NCBI GenBank assembly: GCA_013265495.1
Contig: MU058257.1
Span: 813,418-877,417, forward strand
Reading direction: 5' to 3'
Length of the DNA stretch: 64,000 nt
From: Vicugna vicugna
Lineage: Eukaryota
The notes under the pieces are model-generated. The model saw only the letters and a list, made by a program, of their open reading frames with translations, searched no databases and was not told where the DNA came from. Made by a program: the position numbers and the translations under genes. Numbering within the stretch: the stretch's first letter is position 1; every line of letters starts with the position of its first letter. Below are positions 12,583 through 26,091 of the stretch, in pieces.

Positions 12583-13737
12583 ATATACATACATATGATA
12601 TATAATGAATTTTATATTTAAGAAATACTCATTAGCATCCTAATACCAAATGAGTGAATGGGAAATTTGTGGACGAATTTGGCTCTGAATCCCTTGGATT
12701 CATCAGCTGGCTTGTTGGCAAACATCCCTTAGAGACAAATCAGGAGCCCAGATAGGTTTGTCCAGGAGAGAGAGCGGTTAAAGGGGGTGTGAGAGATACA
12801 TCAACCCTGAGTGTGCACCTTTGGGTAACTGAATAAGAGGGTGGTCAAAGAAGAAGATGGAAGGTTGTCAAAAACAGATGACATAAATGTTTAACTACTG
12901 GCATGTAAAGTCAGTTAAGCAAAATCCAGGATGTGCAAGGTTGAGTGTGAAGAAAATGAGACTGAAAAGGAAATACTATAGAAGAGGGGCTACTGGAAGG
13001 CTAGGGGGTTAGACCAAAATTGGGGAAGGATATTCATTACCCAAAGCACATGGACACTGTATACGCAGTAGACACAGCGTCTGCACAGCACTGGGGCCAC
13101 ACAGCTTCTGGGAAAGAGGCTCTGACGCCCCCAGACTTGTGGGGTGAGACCCCCCCACTGAATTAATGCGTTAATGCCGTGGAGGGCATCTCAGCCCACC
13201 ATCGCGTATCCCCTTTACACCCCCCGGAGAAATAAAATGCATTTCTAATTGGCTTTCTAATAAGTACGAATCAGTTTTGGCCTTTGTGATCTATCCAGAG
13301 ACAGAGAGAGTGTAAGCGCATCCTTCCATCAAAACTGCAGCGGGCGGAGGGTCACACTGCTTTCTCTGCCGATTTTTGCGAAGGAATTGAAGTCAGCCCC
13401 ATGAAAAAGCTCATTTACTTTTTTGCTGGTATATGTTAAAATCAAAGAGGCCAAACAGCACAAGCAATTGGGAGAGGCCCCCCAGGAGCAGTCCAAGGGG
13501 GGCCAGTTTGGGGCAACATTAGGACAATAACAGGCTCTTCCCAGAAGTAATATTTCAACCAAGTTTTTCGTTGTGACTGTGGCACAGCCTCGGCCACGTC
13601 AGTCCGTCTTTGTACTGAGGGCTCTGAGGTGACACTTCAGAGCTCAAAGCCAAAGGGAGAAAGTTAGTGCATCGCATTGATTCCTAGGGATGAACACGTT
13701 TGAGTGGGACTGGAGGAAACGCGGGTCTCGATAGCTG

Positions 13738-13869
13738 TGAGGCGGGAAGCCCCATAAAAAAGACGGCAGGGCCCCCAAGCAGGGCCACTACTCTCATGCC
13801 GGCACCGCCCGGTTCCCTGGCCCAGAGGCTCTCTCTCACTTTTTGCCTCTGAAGTGGCTTACTTACCCA
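13738..13869 (+). mobile_element. Truncated LTR, family B (5' ~130 bp only)
   Basis: Clearly homologous to 36552-36683 (tgaggcgggaagccccataaaaa...ctcactttttgcctctgaa...gcttactta). Confidence 0.8.
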
Positions 13870-15542
13870 GAAGTGTTTAGAAATCATTTGCAAGGTAGTA
13901 ACCAAATCTCATGCATCCTTGCTGCTTGTAAGCTGTTCTGGAAGGGGATACAGTACATAGGATACACGCCACATACTGCTCAAGCTTTAAGTCCAAAATG
14001 AAATGCACCTGGCAGGTGAAGGATGCTGTATTGGGCAGCAGAAGACAAGAGAATGAGGGTCACGCAAATACCGTGAAATACTGACTTCTGTGTTAAATAA
14101 ATAGTCTAAGAGAAAAATCTACAAGGAGAAAAAGCACACGAATGCAATACGTTGCAGGGGGGCGGGGGAGGGGACTGAGAAAATATTTTTGCAGTAAAAT
14201 TTTAGATTCCTAGGAACGAGACGAGATAAGTAGAGTCGGGGGCCGGGATAGGAAGTTAGGGTTGGATGCAGGTGGAGCAGGAAATTATTTCAGCCTAAAC
14301 TAAAGTCGGAGTGGAAGTAAGAAAGAAAGCGCTCAGTTGGTAAGATTTCTGCTCAGGAAGCGGAGCTGGGGTCCCCCGGGAGTGAGCGCGGCCGGGGAGG
14401 AAATGGAGGAATAACAGATGAGGCGAGGTCCCGGGTTTGGGGAGCGGGGAGGTGTTATTGACAGTCAAGAAGGGGACAAAGGCATCTTACAAAGGAAACA
14501 AACAGGGTTCATTCTAAGGTCGGTTATTTGATGTATGAGGAGAAACATTTAAAAGTCAGGACTTGAGAGAGGATGTGTCATAAGAAGTAGAGGGCAGAGG
14601 TGGTCGCCACCCCTGGGGACCCACCACTTGCTCCACACGCAGAAGACACGTCTGAAGGGCGGGATTTAGCAGGAGGTGAAAACACAAAGGGACCACAGCC
14701 CGCTGGCCTGGGAGCTTGTGAGCTGGGCTCGTGGTCCCGACTTGCTTGTTCTCGGTGAGTCTGCGCCTGCAGATCTGTCCGCGGACTGGTCCCAGTCACG
14801 GCGCTTTGTGGTATCTGCTTTGACAGAGTGAAAGAATGAACCGTTGGTGATGACGGTACAGAGAGGATGGGGTGTGGGATGGAAGTGGGGGAAAGTTCTT
14901 GAATAAAGCAAAGGGTGAAACTCAGAACTCTTGTGTGTCCAAGTGAATGAAACTCGAGACATCACTAGAAGGAAGGCAGAAGAGGGAACAGATAAGGTTT
15001 TGACAAGATGAGCACAAGGCTGATTTTGATGATAGTACAGAGGAAGTGGCAAAAACAGCGGGGCAGAGGACAGGACGTGGAGCAACAGGAGAGTGAGGGG
15101 TAAGAGACAGAGGAAAAGACACATGTTCTGGAAGAAACTGGGGGAAATGGCTGGGGACTCAGAAGCGAATGTTTGTGATAAACGACACCCAAGGGGCCAG
15201 GACCACCTGTTCTTTTCCTAGAGAAACAAAGCCCCCCCCCCCAGGCTATTCCTCTGAGCAGCTAAAGGCAGAGTCAGTGTGTGAAGATGGCGCCAGAAGG
15301 GAAGCTCCTGACTCTGATTTGAGCACCAGGATTAGAAGTTGAGATGGGCAGGGAACTGGCAAAGTGATCAATAACCTAGACGTGAAGGTGCCTTGAAGAG
15401 CCCGAGGCACACCAAGCTGTTGCTGAAGTTGCATCCAAAATTTCTGAGATGGAGGAGAAGAACCCTGGGGGGCTCACAGCGAGGACTTGGGAAACCTGGA
15501 ATCCGGGTAGATGCGTGGATCCAGGTTTTGCAGAGCACCAAG

Positions 15543-15572
15543 ACGCACGCGCGCGCGCGCACACACACACAC
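15543..15572. repeat. (CG)n(CA)n alternating purine-pyrimidine tract
   Basis: acgcacgcgcgcgcgcgcacacacacacac. Confidence 0.9.
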
Positions 15573-15635
15573 TCGGGAAAAGAGGTAGTGGTTGCTTCAG
15601 TAATTTTCATTTTCTACTTTCATTCTTTGCATTAC

Positions 15636-15884
15636 TTTATTTTTTATTTTTTAAATTAATCTTTTTTATTGAAGTATAGTTGGTTTACGATGTTGTGTGA
15701 ATTTCTGGTGTGAAGCATCGTGATTCACTCATACATATGCATACATAGATTCCTTTCCACATACTTTCCCATTATAGGTCATTACAAGGCTTTAAATATA
15801 GTTCCCTGTGCTCTACAGTAAGATCTTGTTGTTGATTTTTTATATAGTAGTGGGTATCTGCAAATCTTAAACTCCCAGTTTAAT
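15636..15884 (-). mobile_element. LINE-1 3' UTR fragment
   Basis: T-rich tail then 'attgaagtatagttggtttacgatgttgtgtgaatttctggtgt'; homologous to L1 ends at 28464 and 51948. Confidence 0.85.
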
Positions 15885-18439
15885 CAGAAAAATATATTTA
15901 CTTTTATCATTAAGAAAGCCCGCTAACTTTGAAAATCAAGCCAAATGAAGGATTAAGCCATCTTAATGCCCAAATACATAAGCCACTAATCCTTGAAAAA
16001 AATCTCTCTTCATGTGATTCCATAAGAGGTGGGGCATTTTTGCCAGTAGGTAATAACTTTAAGGCAAAGTGATTTCCAAATGCTAACTTTATTTTTACAG
16101 TCCTGCATAGATCCCTGGTGGGTAGCACAGAATTGCTAACAGCGTTGAATTTTGCAGGCACACCCTCTACAGAGAGGTAAGATCTGGTCTCTCCTGCTAG
16201 AAAATCTAATGGACGCTCTTGTCTTTGGAGGGAAGTTAATGGATCTTTGAGGCTGTCTCCATGGGAAACTCCTCTTCAGGACAGTCTCTGGGTGTGACCT
16301 CTGACCTTCAGGTTTTCTAGGCCAGACTCAATTCCACACATATCATCCCATCATCCCGTAAACCAGAGGTGGGTCCCAGCAATTTCAGCACTTCTGACTT
16401 GGGGACCGCATCTGACTCAAACTGCTCTAAGGATCTGGAAGCAACCCTGAGGCCTCTGTGGGTCCTGTGTCTGAAGTTCTGGTTAGAGAACGTGGCATCC
16501 AGAGCTGCACGTCCAATGTCAATGTTCCACCTTGGTCTCGGGGCACGCTCACCTGCTTCCCGAGGCTCAGAACCGGGTTAGACAGAGCCTGTGCAGTTTA
16601 CGCTGGGGCTTTAGGCTGAGGTGATAAAACTCCCTGTTCTGGCAGTGGGAGGATGCCTGCCTGCCTGCCACATGTGGCCGGTGACCGTTGTCGCTGGACT
16701 GGTGGCCTCTGAGTGGATGAGGAACTCCGTGGCGTTGGGTCAAAAGACAGAAGTAGGGAGTCTCCTTTTCTCACTCGTGGGACCAGAACTCAAGAGGGAC
16801 CCAGGTCCTCTTATTCATGCCCCCGGTTTCTTTGACTGAAGTGGCACTGGATGGAGTACCTTCCGCCCCAGGGGCTGGGGACCTGTGGTCGCCGAAGGAC
16901 GCTCCTGGGATTGCCGGGTCTCCCCACAGCCGGGTCCCCGTGAGCCAGAGCTCTGGTCTCGCTGCTGTGGTGACTTTCCTGTGCCGGGATGTTTTTCTCC
17001 CCTCGTGTGTGTGTGTTTTCCTGCTCGTTTCCATACATAAAATGTTCTTTCTCTGCTGTGTGGCCGCTTCCCCTGATTAACGCCTACCACGGTCCCTCTG
17101 TAACGGTGTTTCTTCCTTCGCTTAAAACAGCAGGCTGCTGCTTTTTGAGTTGAGTTAATGGGGGAAGGAAAGGAGTTAGCTCTCTGAGAACCCTCCAGAC
17201 CCCCTTAGAAACGGCTTACGTTTTCAGCTGATTTCTTCTGATTTTGTTAATGCCTCACCAAGGTGGAATATTTTATGTGCCAGTAAGAATCTCATGAAAA
17301 CAGCCCACACTGGGCTGGATTTTAAGCAATACCTTCCAGAGAATCTAGGAGCCTCCAGTTGTCATTCCAGCCGTCAGAGCCCGGTGGGTCTCTCACCACC
17401 CTCGGAAGAACAAGGCGGTCCATCTGCTTTCCTCGCCTCGCAAGGCGGTTCTCCCCGTCTCTCTGCGAGCTTTATTGTCCGCTGGTCTTCCTCTGACGCC
17501 TCACACACAATAGATTGCATCTATTTAAGTATCCAGATCCCTGTGGAAACAAAGCCTCTTTCTGACACACACACACAAAGGATTTTCAGGCAGCAAATCT
17601 GCAGGTAGTAATTTTAATAGCCACTAATGTGAATTAATAATTCTAATAACCTCATTTCAGATGTGTTGTCGAGGCACTGGCGAGGGTTGCCATGGCTGCT
17701 GTATTTTATAGCTCACAGCTGTGCAAACTCATTTTGGCCAGTGAAATGCTCCCGTCTTACCTCTCCTTTCATTGGTTTTGGTTTGTAGAGTCGCAGGCAG
17801 TGTGGTTTAAAAAAAAAAAAAAGACTTAAGGAGAAGTTGCATTCTCAAGACTCTTAAGTAAAGACGTAAATGCTGTTGGTATGTGACCATCCGGGACCCT
17901 GGGGCTTTTGAGAAGAATTATGTTGTTATAGATTCAAGAAATTGAATCGTTACTCTGGCCTATTTATCAGTATCAACGTCCAAATTATAACTTGTCATTA
18001 ATTCCAAAGCACCTTTAAGTGCTTTGGGGCACAAAAAATCTTCCTTAATAAACTGCCTTAGGACCACTGCCCCCTACAAGGTTCCAAAAAGTGTGTTAAT
18101 TAATTCATAATCTCAGGTCTGTAACCAACAGCAGACCCGTGAATGTTTAGCTGAGTGTGTGGAGAACGTGCGGGGCAACCCCACGGAAGTCCCACCTGGC
18201 CGTGTCCTGTGGGCGCTGACAGCTGGGCAGGGAGGGTGTGCACCTCGGTCCCTGGAGACACTGTGTTGGAGGGCGGACAGCCTGGGGCTGCCATTCTGTG
18301 AGGGGACCCAGGGTGTGTCCAGGTGCTCCTGGTGACAGTGCCACGTGGGTGAGAGGTCAGACTTCCAGGTGAGTCCTGTAGTGGATCCCATCTTCTCAAC
18401 CGAGGTCCCAGGCCCTGTGAAGCTGAGATAAGCTGAGAT

Positions 18440-18560
18440 AATTCCTCTCCACGGCTTGACGGAATTCCTGATCTACAGAATCCACGAGCATAATATAGTC
18501 ATTGTTGTCTTATCCTAAACTTCCGGGCTGCTTTGTTTTGCTGCAGCAGAAACCAGAACA
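18440..18560 (+). mobile_element. MaLR (MLT1-like) LTR 3' fragment
   Basis: 'aattcctgatctacagaatccacgagcataat...ttgttttgctgcagcagaaaccagaaca' resembles an MLT1 3' end. Confidence 0.5.
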
Positions 18561-19950
18561 TTACGGACACTGAGAAGTTAAACACCTCGGCCAATGTCGC
18601 ACAGTGAGCCGCAGTTCAGGGATTCAAAACCAGGTCTGTTTGGTGCCATGTCTCAAGATTCTTTACCATACAATTCTAAGTGCCACGAAGTCTGTAAACA
18701 CTGTTCTGGAAACATGAGTGGCAAGTATTTGTCTTTCTGTCCGTGGTCGTGACTGTGGACTCATGGTGGGCTGGCCAGTCCTAAACTGGGAAAAGCTATG
18801 GAGAATGTGTGATCTTGAATTAAAGTCTATTTTTATAATCTGCCTCTGTGTTCCTACCAAATTTTCATGTGTCTGATTGGAAAAGTGGCCAGCTCATTGA
18901 CCTGAACATTCATCTGGACACCTACGGCCGTCTGGATCCCCGAGGAACCCCTCAGGTCTGTTCCCCTCCCACCACTCCACTGGGAGCCAATCACAGGAAA
19001 GGCTTAACAGATTATCTTCTTTGTGGACATTTAAATGCTGTCTTCTCGGTTCCTTACAAAACGTTCTAAGCCTTTACCAGCCTTGTTTTGGTCTCAGGAC
19101 TACAAGAAAGATGAAAATCTGAAGATGTTAGAACATCCCGTCATGGATGCAAAGTCTGTCTCGGGGGTGGGGGTGTCCTTCGGACAGCTGGGACCTGATA
19201 AACTGAAACTCCTCCCCTGCCACACTGGCCTGTACACAGAGGTAAGGCCAACATCATATCCACTTAGAGCTTTGCAGGACTGAGGAAAACGCTCTATGAA
19301 ATGGCAATAATTTAATTAAAACCTCAAACCTCGCTGGAGCTAAACTCTAGGCAACACAGATGTATCTGCACCTTGAAAACTCTTACAGGCAAGAGTGCAG
19401 CTCACATCAACCCTTTTATCCTGGAACAAATGGACTGACTTTGTGGGGCCTTCTTTATAATGAGAGGTCTCAATGCAAGGCCACAGGTGACAGAACTGCT
19501 TATGCAATTAGTCACCAAATGCATCTGGAAGCCTGGGGATTAAGGGACTTTCCTTGCTGAGGAGCCTTATTTATTAATTGTTAATTATAACTTGTCTTAG
19601 CAGCTTCTCTGTGGATTTCGTGTCTTCAAACAGACTGAGGGGAAGAATTCTGAGGGCGTGTGGAGAACAAGTGTCCCACTGGCTGGCGGTATGCTGGTGG
19701 CAGGAGAATTTTGGGAGTTTCAGGCGGGGAAACAGAGCAGGTGCCTGTGTCCACCGTGTCCGCACAGCACCTGGGAGTGGGCCCCAGGTGAGTCACACAG
19801 TGCCGTGGAGCTGCTGCCCACGTGTGGTCCTGCGGAGATGGTGAAGGAAGGTTCCAAAACACCCAAAGCTTCTCTGGAGCTCCAGGGTCTGCATTCCACC
19901 TCGTAGGCCATTATAGTTCATCCGAAAGTCCTGTCTTTCTCTCCTCTCTC

Positions 19951-20470
19951 TTTTTTTGAATTATAGTTGCTGTACAAATTATGTAAGTTATATAATATTA
20001 GATTAGAATATAGTGGTTCACTATTTTTAAAGATTATACCCCGTTTATAGCTATTATCAAATATTGGCTATAATTCCCCTGTTGTGCAATGTATCCTTAT
20101 AATTTATTTTTATACCTAATAGTGTTTTTCTTAATCTCCCACCCTTATGGTGCCCCTCCTCCCTCCCTTCCCCTCTGTAACCACTAGTTTGTTCTCTTAT
20201 AGCTGTGAGTCTCCTTTTTAGCTATATTTACTAGTTTGTTGTGTTTTTTAGATTCCACACATACATGATATCACATGGCATTTGTCTTTCTCTGTCTGAC
20301 TAGCTTGACTTAGCATAATGCTCTCCAAGTACATCCATGTTGCTGCAAAGGTCAGAATTTCATTCTTTTCTGTGGCTGAGTAGTATTCCATTGTGTGCAT
20401 GCATGTGTGCATGCGTGTGTGTATATATGTATACCGCATCTTCCTTATCCATCCTTTCACCTGCTGGTGG
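19951..20470 (-). mobile_element. LINE-1 3' fragment
   Basis: Minus ORF 20248..20604 contains 'WIRKMRY...TMEYYSATEKNEILTFAATWMYLESIMLS...EKDKCH' (L1 ORF2 tail). Confidence 0.9.
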
Positions 20471-22687
20471 GAGAGTCCTGTCTCTTTCACTGCCCTGGAC
20501 AGGCTGATGGGTCCTGCTGGCCTCTCTCCAACACGGTGGGTTCTGTGACACCAGCAAGCAACATGACGTTGAATGTAGCCTCCTGGGAGGGACCCCAAGA
20601 CCACACAGTGTCATCCTTGTGAGTGTGACAAGCTAGCTTCCTTCAGGAGGCAAGGCACTGTGCCCAAACACTTCTTGATGGACCCTTGGTGGTGGTTATG
20701 ATGCAGAATTATCATACAGAAAGAAAAAAATACCACTATACTTAAGAAAAAAATCAAAAATGATGTTAAACATTCCCAGTTAAATTTTTTTTCTGTGGGG
20801 CTGTCTTCTTCACGGGGGTCGTGGTATAATTCTTCTCAGGTTATAAAAGCACATAATCGCTTTTGACAAATACAGATACACATATTTCCCCACTAGCATA
20901 AGTGGATTAGATGATATTTCAGATCGAGACAACCCTAATTAAATTACTCCTAACTTTACTGGCCTCTGTGGATTGATCTCTCTTGACCTTCACAGCACAT
21001 CAGAATAAATGAAAAGAAAGCATTCTAATATTTTTCCACATTAAAACTTTTATGTGAGCCTTCACGTCTGTAGACCACACATATATATCAAGCTGCAACG
21101 AGCAAATGTTTGCTTGTTCTTTATGTGATTTTTTTAAACCCGTGGTAGTATAAATTATGTCAGGAAATAGATTACATTACACCAAAGAAAGGTCATTTAA
21201 ATTATATTTGTAATGTTTCCACGTTCGTTTAAGAAAGAAAAAAATATTATTTTAAAAACAAATATCCTTTCTTAAGACAGGACTCTAAGTGCATGCTCAT
21301 GTCTTTTTCTTTCTAACAGCACAGGGTGAAAGCACTGGGGGACAGAATGAACAAAAGACATCGCCTTTAAATGGGCAAAGTAGTAGAAATTTTCGCTATG
21401 ACATTATACACTATGAATGATCTTTTGTGTGAAAAGAACTTTTTTTTGCTCCTTCTGAGGTGCCTTTGTAGTAAACACTGTAAGAGATTTTTTTGTCCTT
21501 TGTGAGAAGGCAATGTTTATGTTACCTGTTTTTTTTTTTAAGGTTGGCTATATTATGCTGTTTGTTTAAAATCCCGAATTTGACTGCCAGATAACAGGTG
21601 TGCCCATTTAAAAATAAGTATAAAATTCAAAAATTATGAGTAACATAGACTATTGGAATTAATGAAAGTTTTTTTTTCCTTTTTCCTTCTTTCTCTGCTT
21701 ATCCTTTTCTCTGCCTTATGTCAGAAAATTTATGATTTTCTTCAAGTAGCCAACTCTCCTGGAACATTTAAAATAGAATCCTGTTTGTGAATACTTACAT
21801 GCAAAGCCTGCAGGGTTACCTGCATTGTGTAACTCAAGGTCCTGCGCCCTCCATGGGAATCATATGGCAAAGTTCTCATCCGATAGGAATATCCGTGTAT
21901 TCTAAGCATCTAGAAGCAAGATTTACGCCTTTGCTCAGTTTTTTGCATTCTCCACAATGGTCAGTACGAAGCCTTACAGAGGCAGTACTGGTAAATACCT
22001 GAATTAGCTTGGACTATGGTATTGCCAATGTGATGGGTGATTGGTACTGCTTAATTATAATAATATACTAACACAATGCAAAAAATCATGTGACGGCCTG
22101 GTGATTTTGTTGTTTTGCTGAATAAATTCTCATCTATCTGGTGGATCATATAGTGGAGAGCCTCTTTGACCAACTTCATCATCTGCCCGATGGTACCCAG
22201 CACCCACGGCGTTGTGATGGGGTTTTGACATCACCATTAGGTACAGGGTCCCTTTATCTTTCGCCCTCTAAGGGTACATTTCCTAACCCATTTTTTTTTT
22301 TCTATCTGCTAGGAAAAAACATTTTGGATAAACACATATACCCAACTGAAGATCTCTCAGCCTGCCCATTTTCAATTTTAACTCTTAATTCAAAGGATTC
22401 CACCCAGGATAAAGGTTGTTTGAAGAAGGAAAGACATATTTTGCTCTCTGATTTTTTTTGAGTGGGCATTTTTGCATCATTCTAATCTTGAAGAAGTGCC
22501 AAATTCCCCAAAATAAATTGCAGTAAAGAAACATCTCTCTTCTCTCTGGCATCTTCCCAAGGCTCACAGTCTCAGAAGGCCTGCAATTCCTTGCATGATT
22601 AAGGTGGCCTCTTGAAAAGGACTCTGTATTTCACATCATGTCAGAGAAACTGACAACCAGAGAGGCTGAGTAACAATGGTCATAATG

Positions 22688-22801
22688 CGACAATGAAAAC
22701 AAATATAAGTGTGTATATGCAAGACTGGGACTTTGTGCCAGATACCAGAAACTGACACATTGTAACTGACTGTACTTCAATTAAAACAAAAGATAAAAAA
22801 A
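22688..22801 (+). mobile_element. Very short 5'-truncated L1 insertion with a perfect 16-bp TSD
   Basis: L1 terminal 'ccagaaactgacacattgtaactgactgtacttcaatt' plus A-tail; aacaatggtcataatg at 22672-22687 and 22802-22817. Confidence 0.9.
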
Positions 22802-22898
22802 AACAATGGTCATAATGTAGGCCAAATCAGAGTCAACAGACTTATAATTGTTTTTTTCAGTAGTTTTTGCTCACCCATGAGTAAAGGCAAGTATTTAT

Positions 22899-23392
22899 AT
22901 GACTGGATAAAGAAGATGTGGTACTTATATACCATGGAATACTACTCAGCCACAAACAAAAGTGAAATTCTGCCATTTACAACAACATGGATGGACTCAG
23001 AGATGACCATACTAAGCGAAAGACCGAGAAAGACAAGGATCATATGATATCATTTATATGTGCAATCTTAAAAAATGGCACAAACGAATTTATTTGCGAA
23101 ACAGAAACAGACTCACAGACATAGAAAACAAACTTATGGTTACTAGGGGGGAAAATGGGGAGGAGGGATAAATTAGGAGTTTGGGATTAACAGATACACA
23201 CTACTATATGTAAAATAGATAAACAGCAAGGTCATACTGTTTAGCACAGGGAACTACATTCAATATCTTGTAACAACCTATAATGATAAAGAATATAAAA
23301 GAGAATATACATACATGTATAACTGAATCACTGTGCTGTACACCAGAAACTAACACAACACTGTGAATCAACTAAATGTCAATTATAAAGAA
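22899..23392 (+). mobile_element. LINE-1 3' fragment
   Basis: 'gactggataaagaagatgtggtac...acagactcacagacatagaaaacaaacttatggttac...caccagaaactaacacaacactgt'. Confidence 0.9.
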
Positions 23393-23397
23393 AGGAT

Positions 23398-23523
23398 GGG
23401 TGGTGGCATAGAGCTCAGTGGTAGAGCACATGCTTGGCATGCACGAGGTCTTGAGTTCAATCCCCAGTGCCTCTGTGAAGGGAAAAAAATGAAATAAAAT
23501 AAAAAACTTAAAAAAAAACAAAA
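23398..23523 (+). mobile_element. tRNA-derived SINE (camelid-type)
   Basis: A box 'agctcagtggtagagc', B box 'gagttcaatccc', A-rich tail. Confidence 0.85.
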
Positions 23524-25689
23524 GGGAAGAATTGCAACAGAGTCATTCTTTCTTATTCGAATGAGAGTCTTGATGCACCACTAATTTTGCAACCTCTCCC
23601 TCCTTCACCAAATGTTTCCAGTGACTGTTCTGTTGGCTAGAAGAACCAAAACCAAAATAAAACCTAAATTTCTTACCTTTTGTATTTTACACTCTCTCCA
23701 AAATTACATCTCAGAGATCATTTAAATACTCATAATATCCCCTTTGAAAAAATTAAATTCTGTAACTTAACTCCATTTTTCTATTCTTTCTGTCTATTAT
23801 ACTCTTCATAGTTAATTCAATCCTCTCTCTCCCCCTCCTCCCTTGCAGGGAACCTGGGCTGCCTCCTACAGCCTGCTGTCTCTGCCCTTCTGAAAAGCAA
23901 TTGAAAACATCTTTGCTTGCTGCTCAGAGGGAATTCATCCATTTTACATAAAATTACTCAGGACTTCCCCCCATGGAGAACACAAACATCTCCTACAGTG
24001 TCAAGGGAGTAGTTTCTACAAATGGCAAACTCAAGAAGCAGCAGCCAGGTTCTGACCAGGGCCCCAGCTCAGGGGGGTGGTCACTGAGGAATCTGAGCGC
24101 TGGGAAAGCCCTCCATCCAGGACTTGTTTTCTCGCTAAGATGTTCCCACTGTTCACTCTAGTCTGTCCCTTTACTCGTTTGAATAATCGCTTGCAGCAGC
24201 GGAAGCCTTGTCATGCACATCGTCCTCCCTGCGCTCAGACCACAGGGAAGAGGGGTGCCCTCTTCCTTCTGAACTCATCACCTTCTTGAGAATTGATGCA
24301 AACGGTCTCTTATGAACAGAATTTCCGAGCAAAGGCTGAGAGCTTTTACGTTAGCCCTGGTCTCACTCAGTGACAGGTGTCTCCTGCCCCTCCTCCCACC
24401 AGGCCAGGGCTGGCTTCCTTGCAGTGGACCTCGGGGTTGTTCCCGCCATATGGCAGCACTGAGAACCCTGTGCTCCAGGGTATTTCCCCCACGACTTACA
24501 CAAATTGTAAATTATCATCCATAAAAGAATGGCAAAGAGAGACAAAGGCAGGGAAGGGATCTGCTGCAAAGCCTCCATTAGCAAATGAGATTGGCTCTCC
24601 CATTCGTGTGAAAAGTTCAAGGAGGCAATCTTGTTAAACAGCCATTTTGCATAAAGAAATAATATGCCGTAATGGACTTTCTCAAATAACTTTGCCGTTT
24701 TCCAGAAGAGTTTATTAATACTGTGCTTTGGAGGAGTAAGTGGTGAAGCCTCAGGAGAGGGTCACACAGCCGGTGGCTGGGCAGTTAGTCAGGGCAGATT
24801 TTCCCGCAGCCTGGAACATGCTTCCATCCTTGGCTAGACGTGCCTCCTGCACAGTTTCCCACCACTGCGCCCACATTTTATCTGGGCATCATTTACACCA
24901 GGAAAACCCAGTCCTGATGTTCAATTCTCTGCAAATGACAGCCCAACAGTAGTAATGAAACTACCGTGTGACCTCTCCCTCTTTTCCATCCCTTCTGTCA
25001 ATACCCATTGACCTTCTCAAGACCAAGAACATGAGGAGGACGGACAGGAGGGTGGTGGGGCTACGCCCCAGGTTTGCAAGAGGTGAGTCAGTAATTTGCC
25101 TATCTGAAGTAGGTTTCATAAGCAAGACCTATAATTTGGCTTCTTGGCTGGCATCTGTACCTGCCTATACACACCTGTGTGCTGAACTCACCCCACCACT
25201 GCTCTTCAAGCTCCTTCATGGAATTTGCGCATTAGTGCCTGCTTCTAACTGTACCACTCAGCCTTCTGTCCCACTTTCCTGGGTGGCTTTTGTGAAATAA
25301 AATGCCTTTCAAGTGCTTTTGGTTTCTCCATGTTTTGGATACATTCTCAGTGGCTCATAGTATTAATTAATGATATCACAACTATCACGGTTTCGTAGGG
25401 GTTTAGAGGGGTCCCTCTCCAAACAAATTTGGGAAGTCTTGGAAAAATACAGTTAAACAGTTTTCTTTACCATGGAAACTTAACACACTTGTTTATTGAC
25501 TTGTTTTGTGAAACTGCTCGAGGGTTATGTTTTTTGTTATGTTGTTTGTTGCATTTCTCAGACTTACTTTTGTCACGGTACAGCTTTTGTCATACATACT
25601 CTGTGCACTGTGATGCACCAGCAGAAGTTACATAGGGAGAAGGATGGATTTTTTGGTCTGCCTCAAGTAGCTTGTGTAGAATCAGGTGG

Positions 25690-26091
25690 CTTGAAAACCA
25701 AGAAGTAGGTAGCATGGCAGTGGGAGGGCCAAAGCTCTAGATTCCAGAGGGGCTGACTCTTACTGGCTTTGATGGAGCAGGCTGCCATACTGGAGAGGCT
25801 CATGGAGCGAGGCACTGGGAGCACCTTCCCCCCGACAAGCCCACAGCCCTTTAGGGACTGGATCCTGCCCACAGTGATGTGTGTAGGGGAGTCCTTCCCC
25901 ATTTGATGCTTCTGATGAAGCTGTAGACCCTGGACTGATACCCAAGTTGCAACCTGGGAGAGACAGGGTGCAGAGAACAAGCTGGGTCACACCTCCATTC
26001 CTGACCCCCAGAAATGATGAGATAATAAGAATTTTAAGCCACTAAGTGTAGGGGGGTAATTTGTTATTGCAGCAATAGGTAACTAATGCAG
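25690..26091 (+). mobile_element. MaLR (MLT1-like) LTR remnant
   Basis: 3' end 'ttttaagccactaagtgtagggggtaatttgttattgcagcaataggtaactaatgca'; 5' boundary uncertain. Confidence 0.65.

Noticed and set aside
23398..23475. tRNA-like sequence
   Set aside because: Degenerate stems, an A-rich tail and two more copies in the window show it is a SINE head, not a tRNA gene
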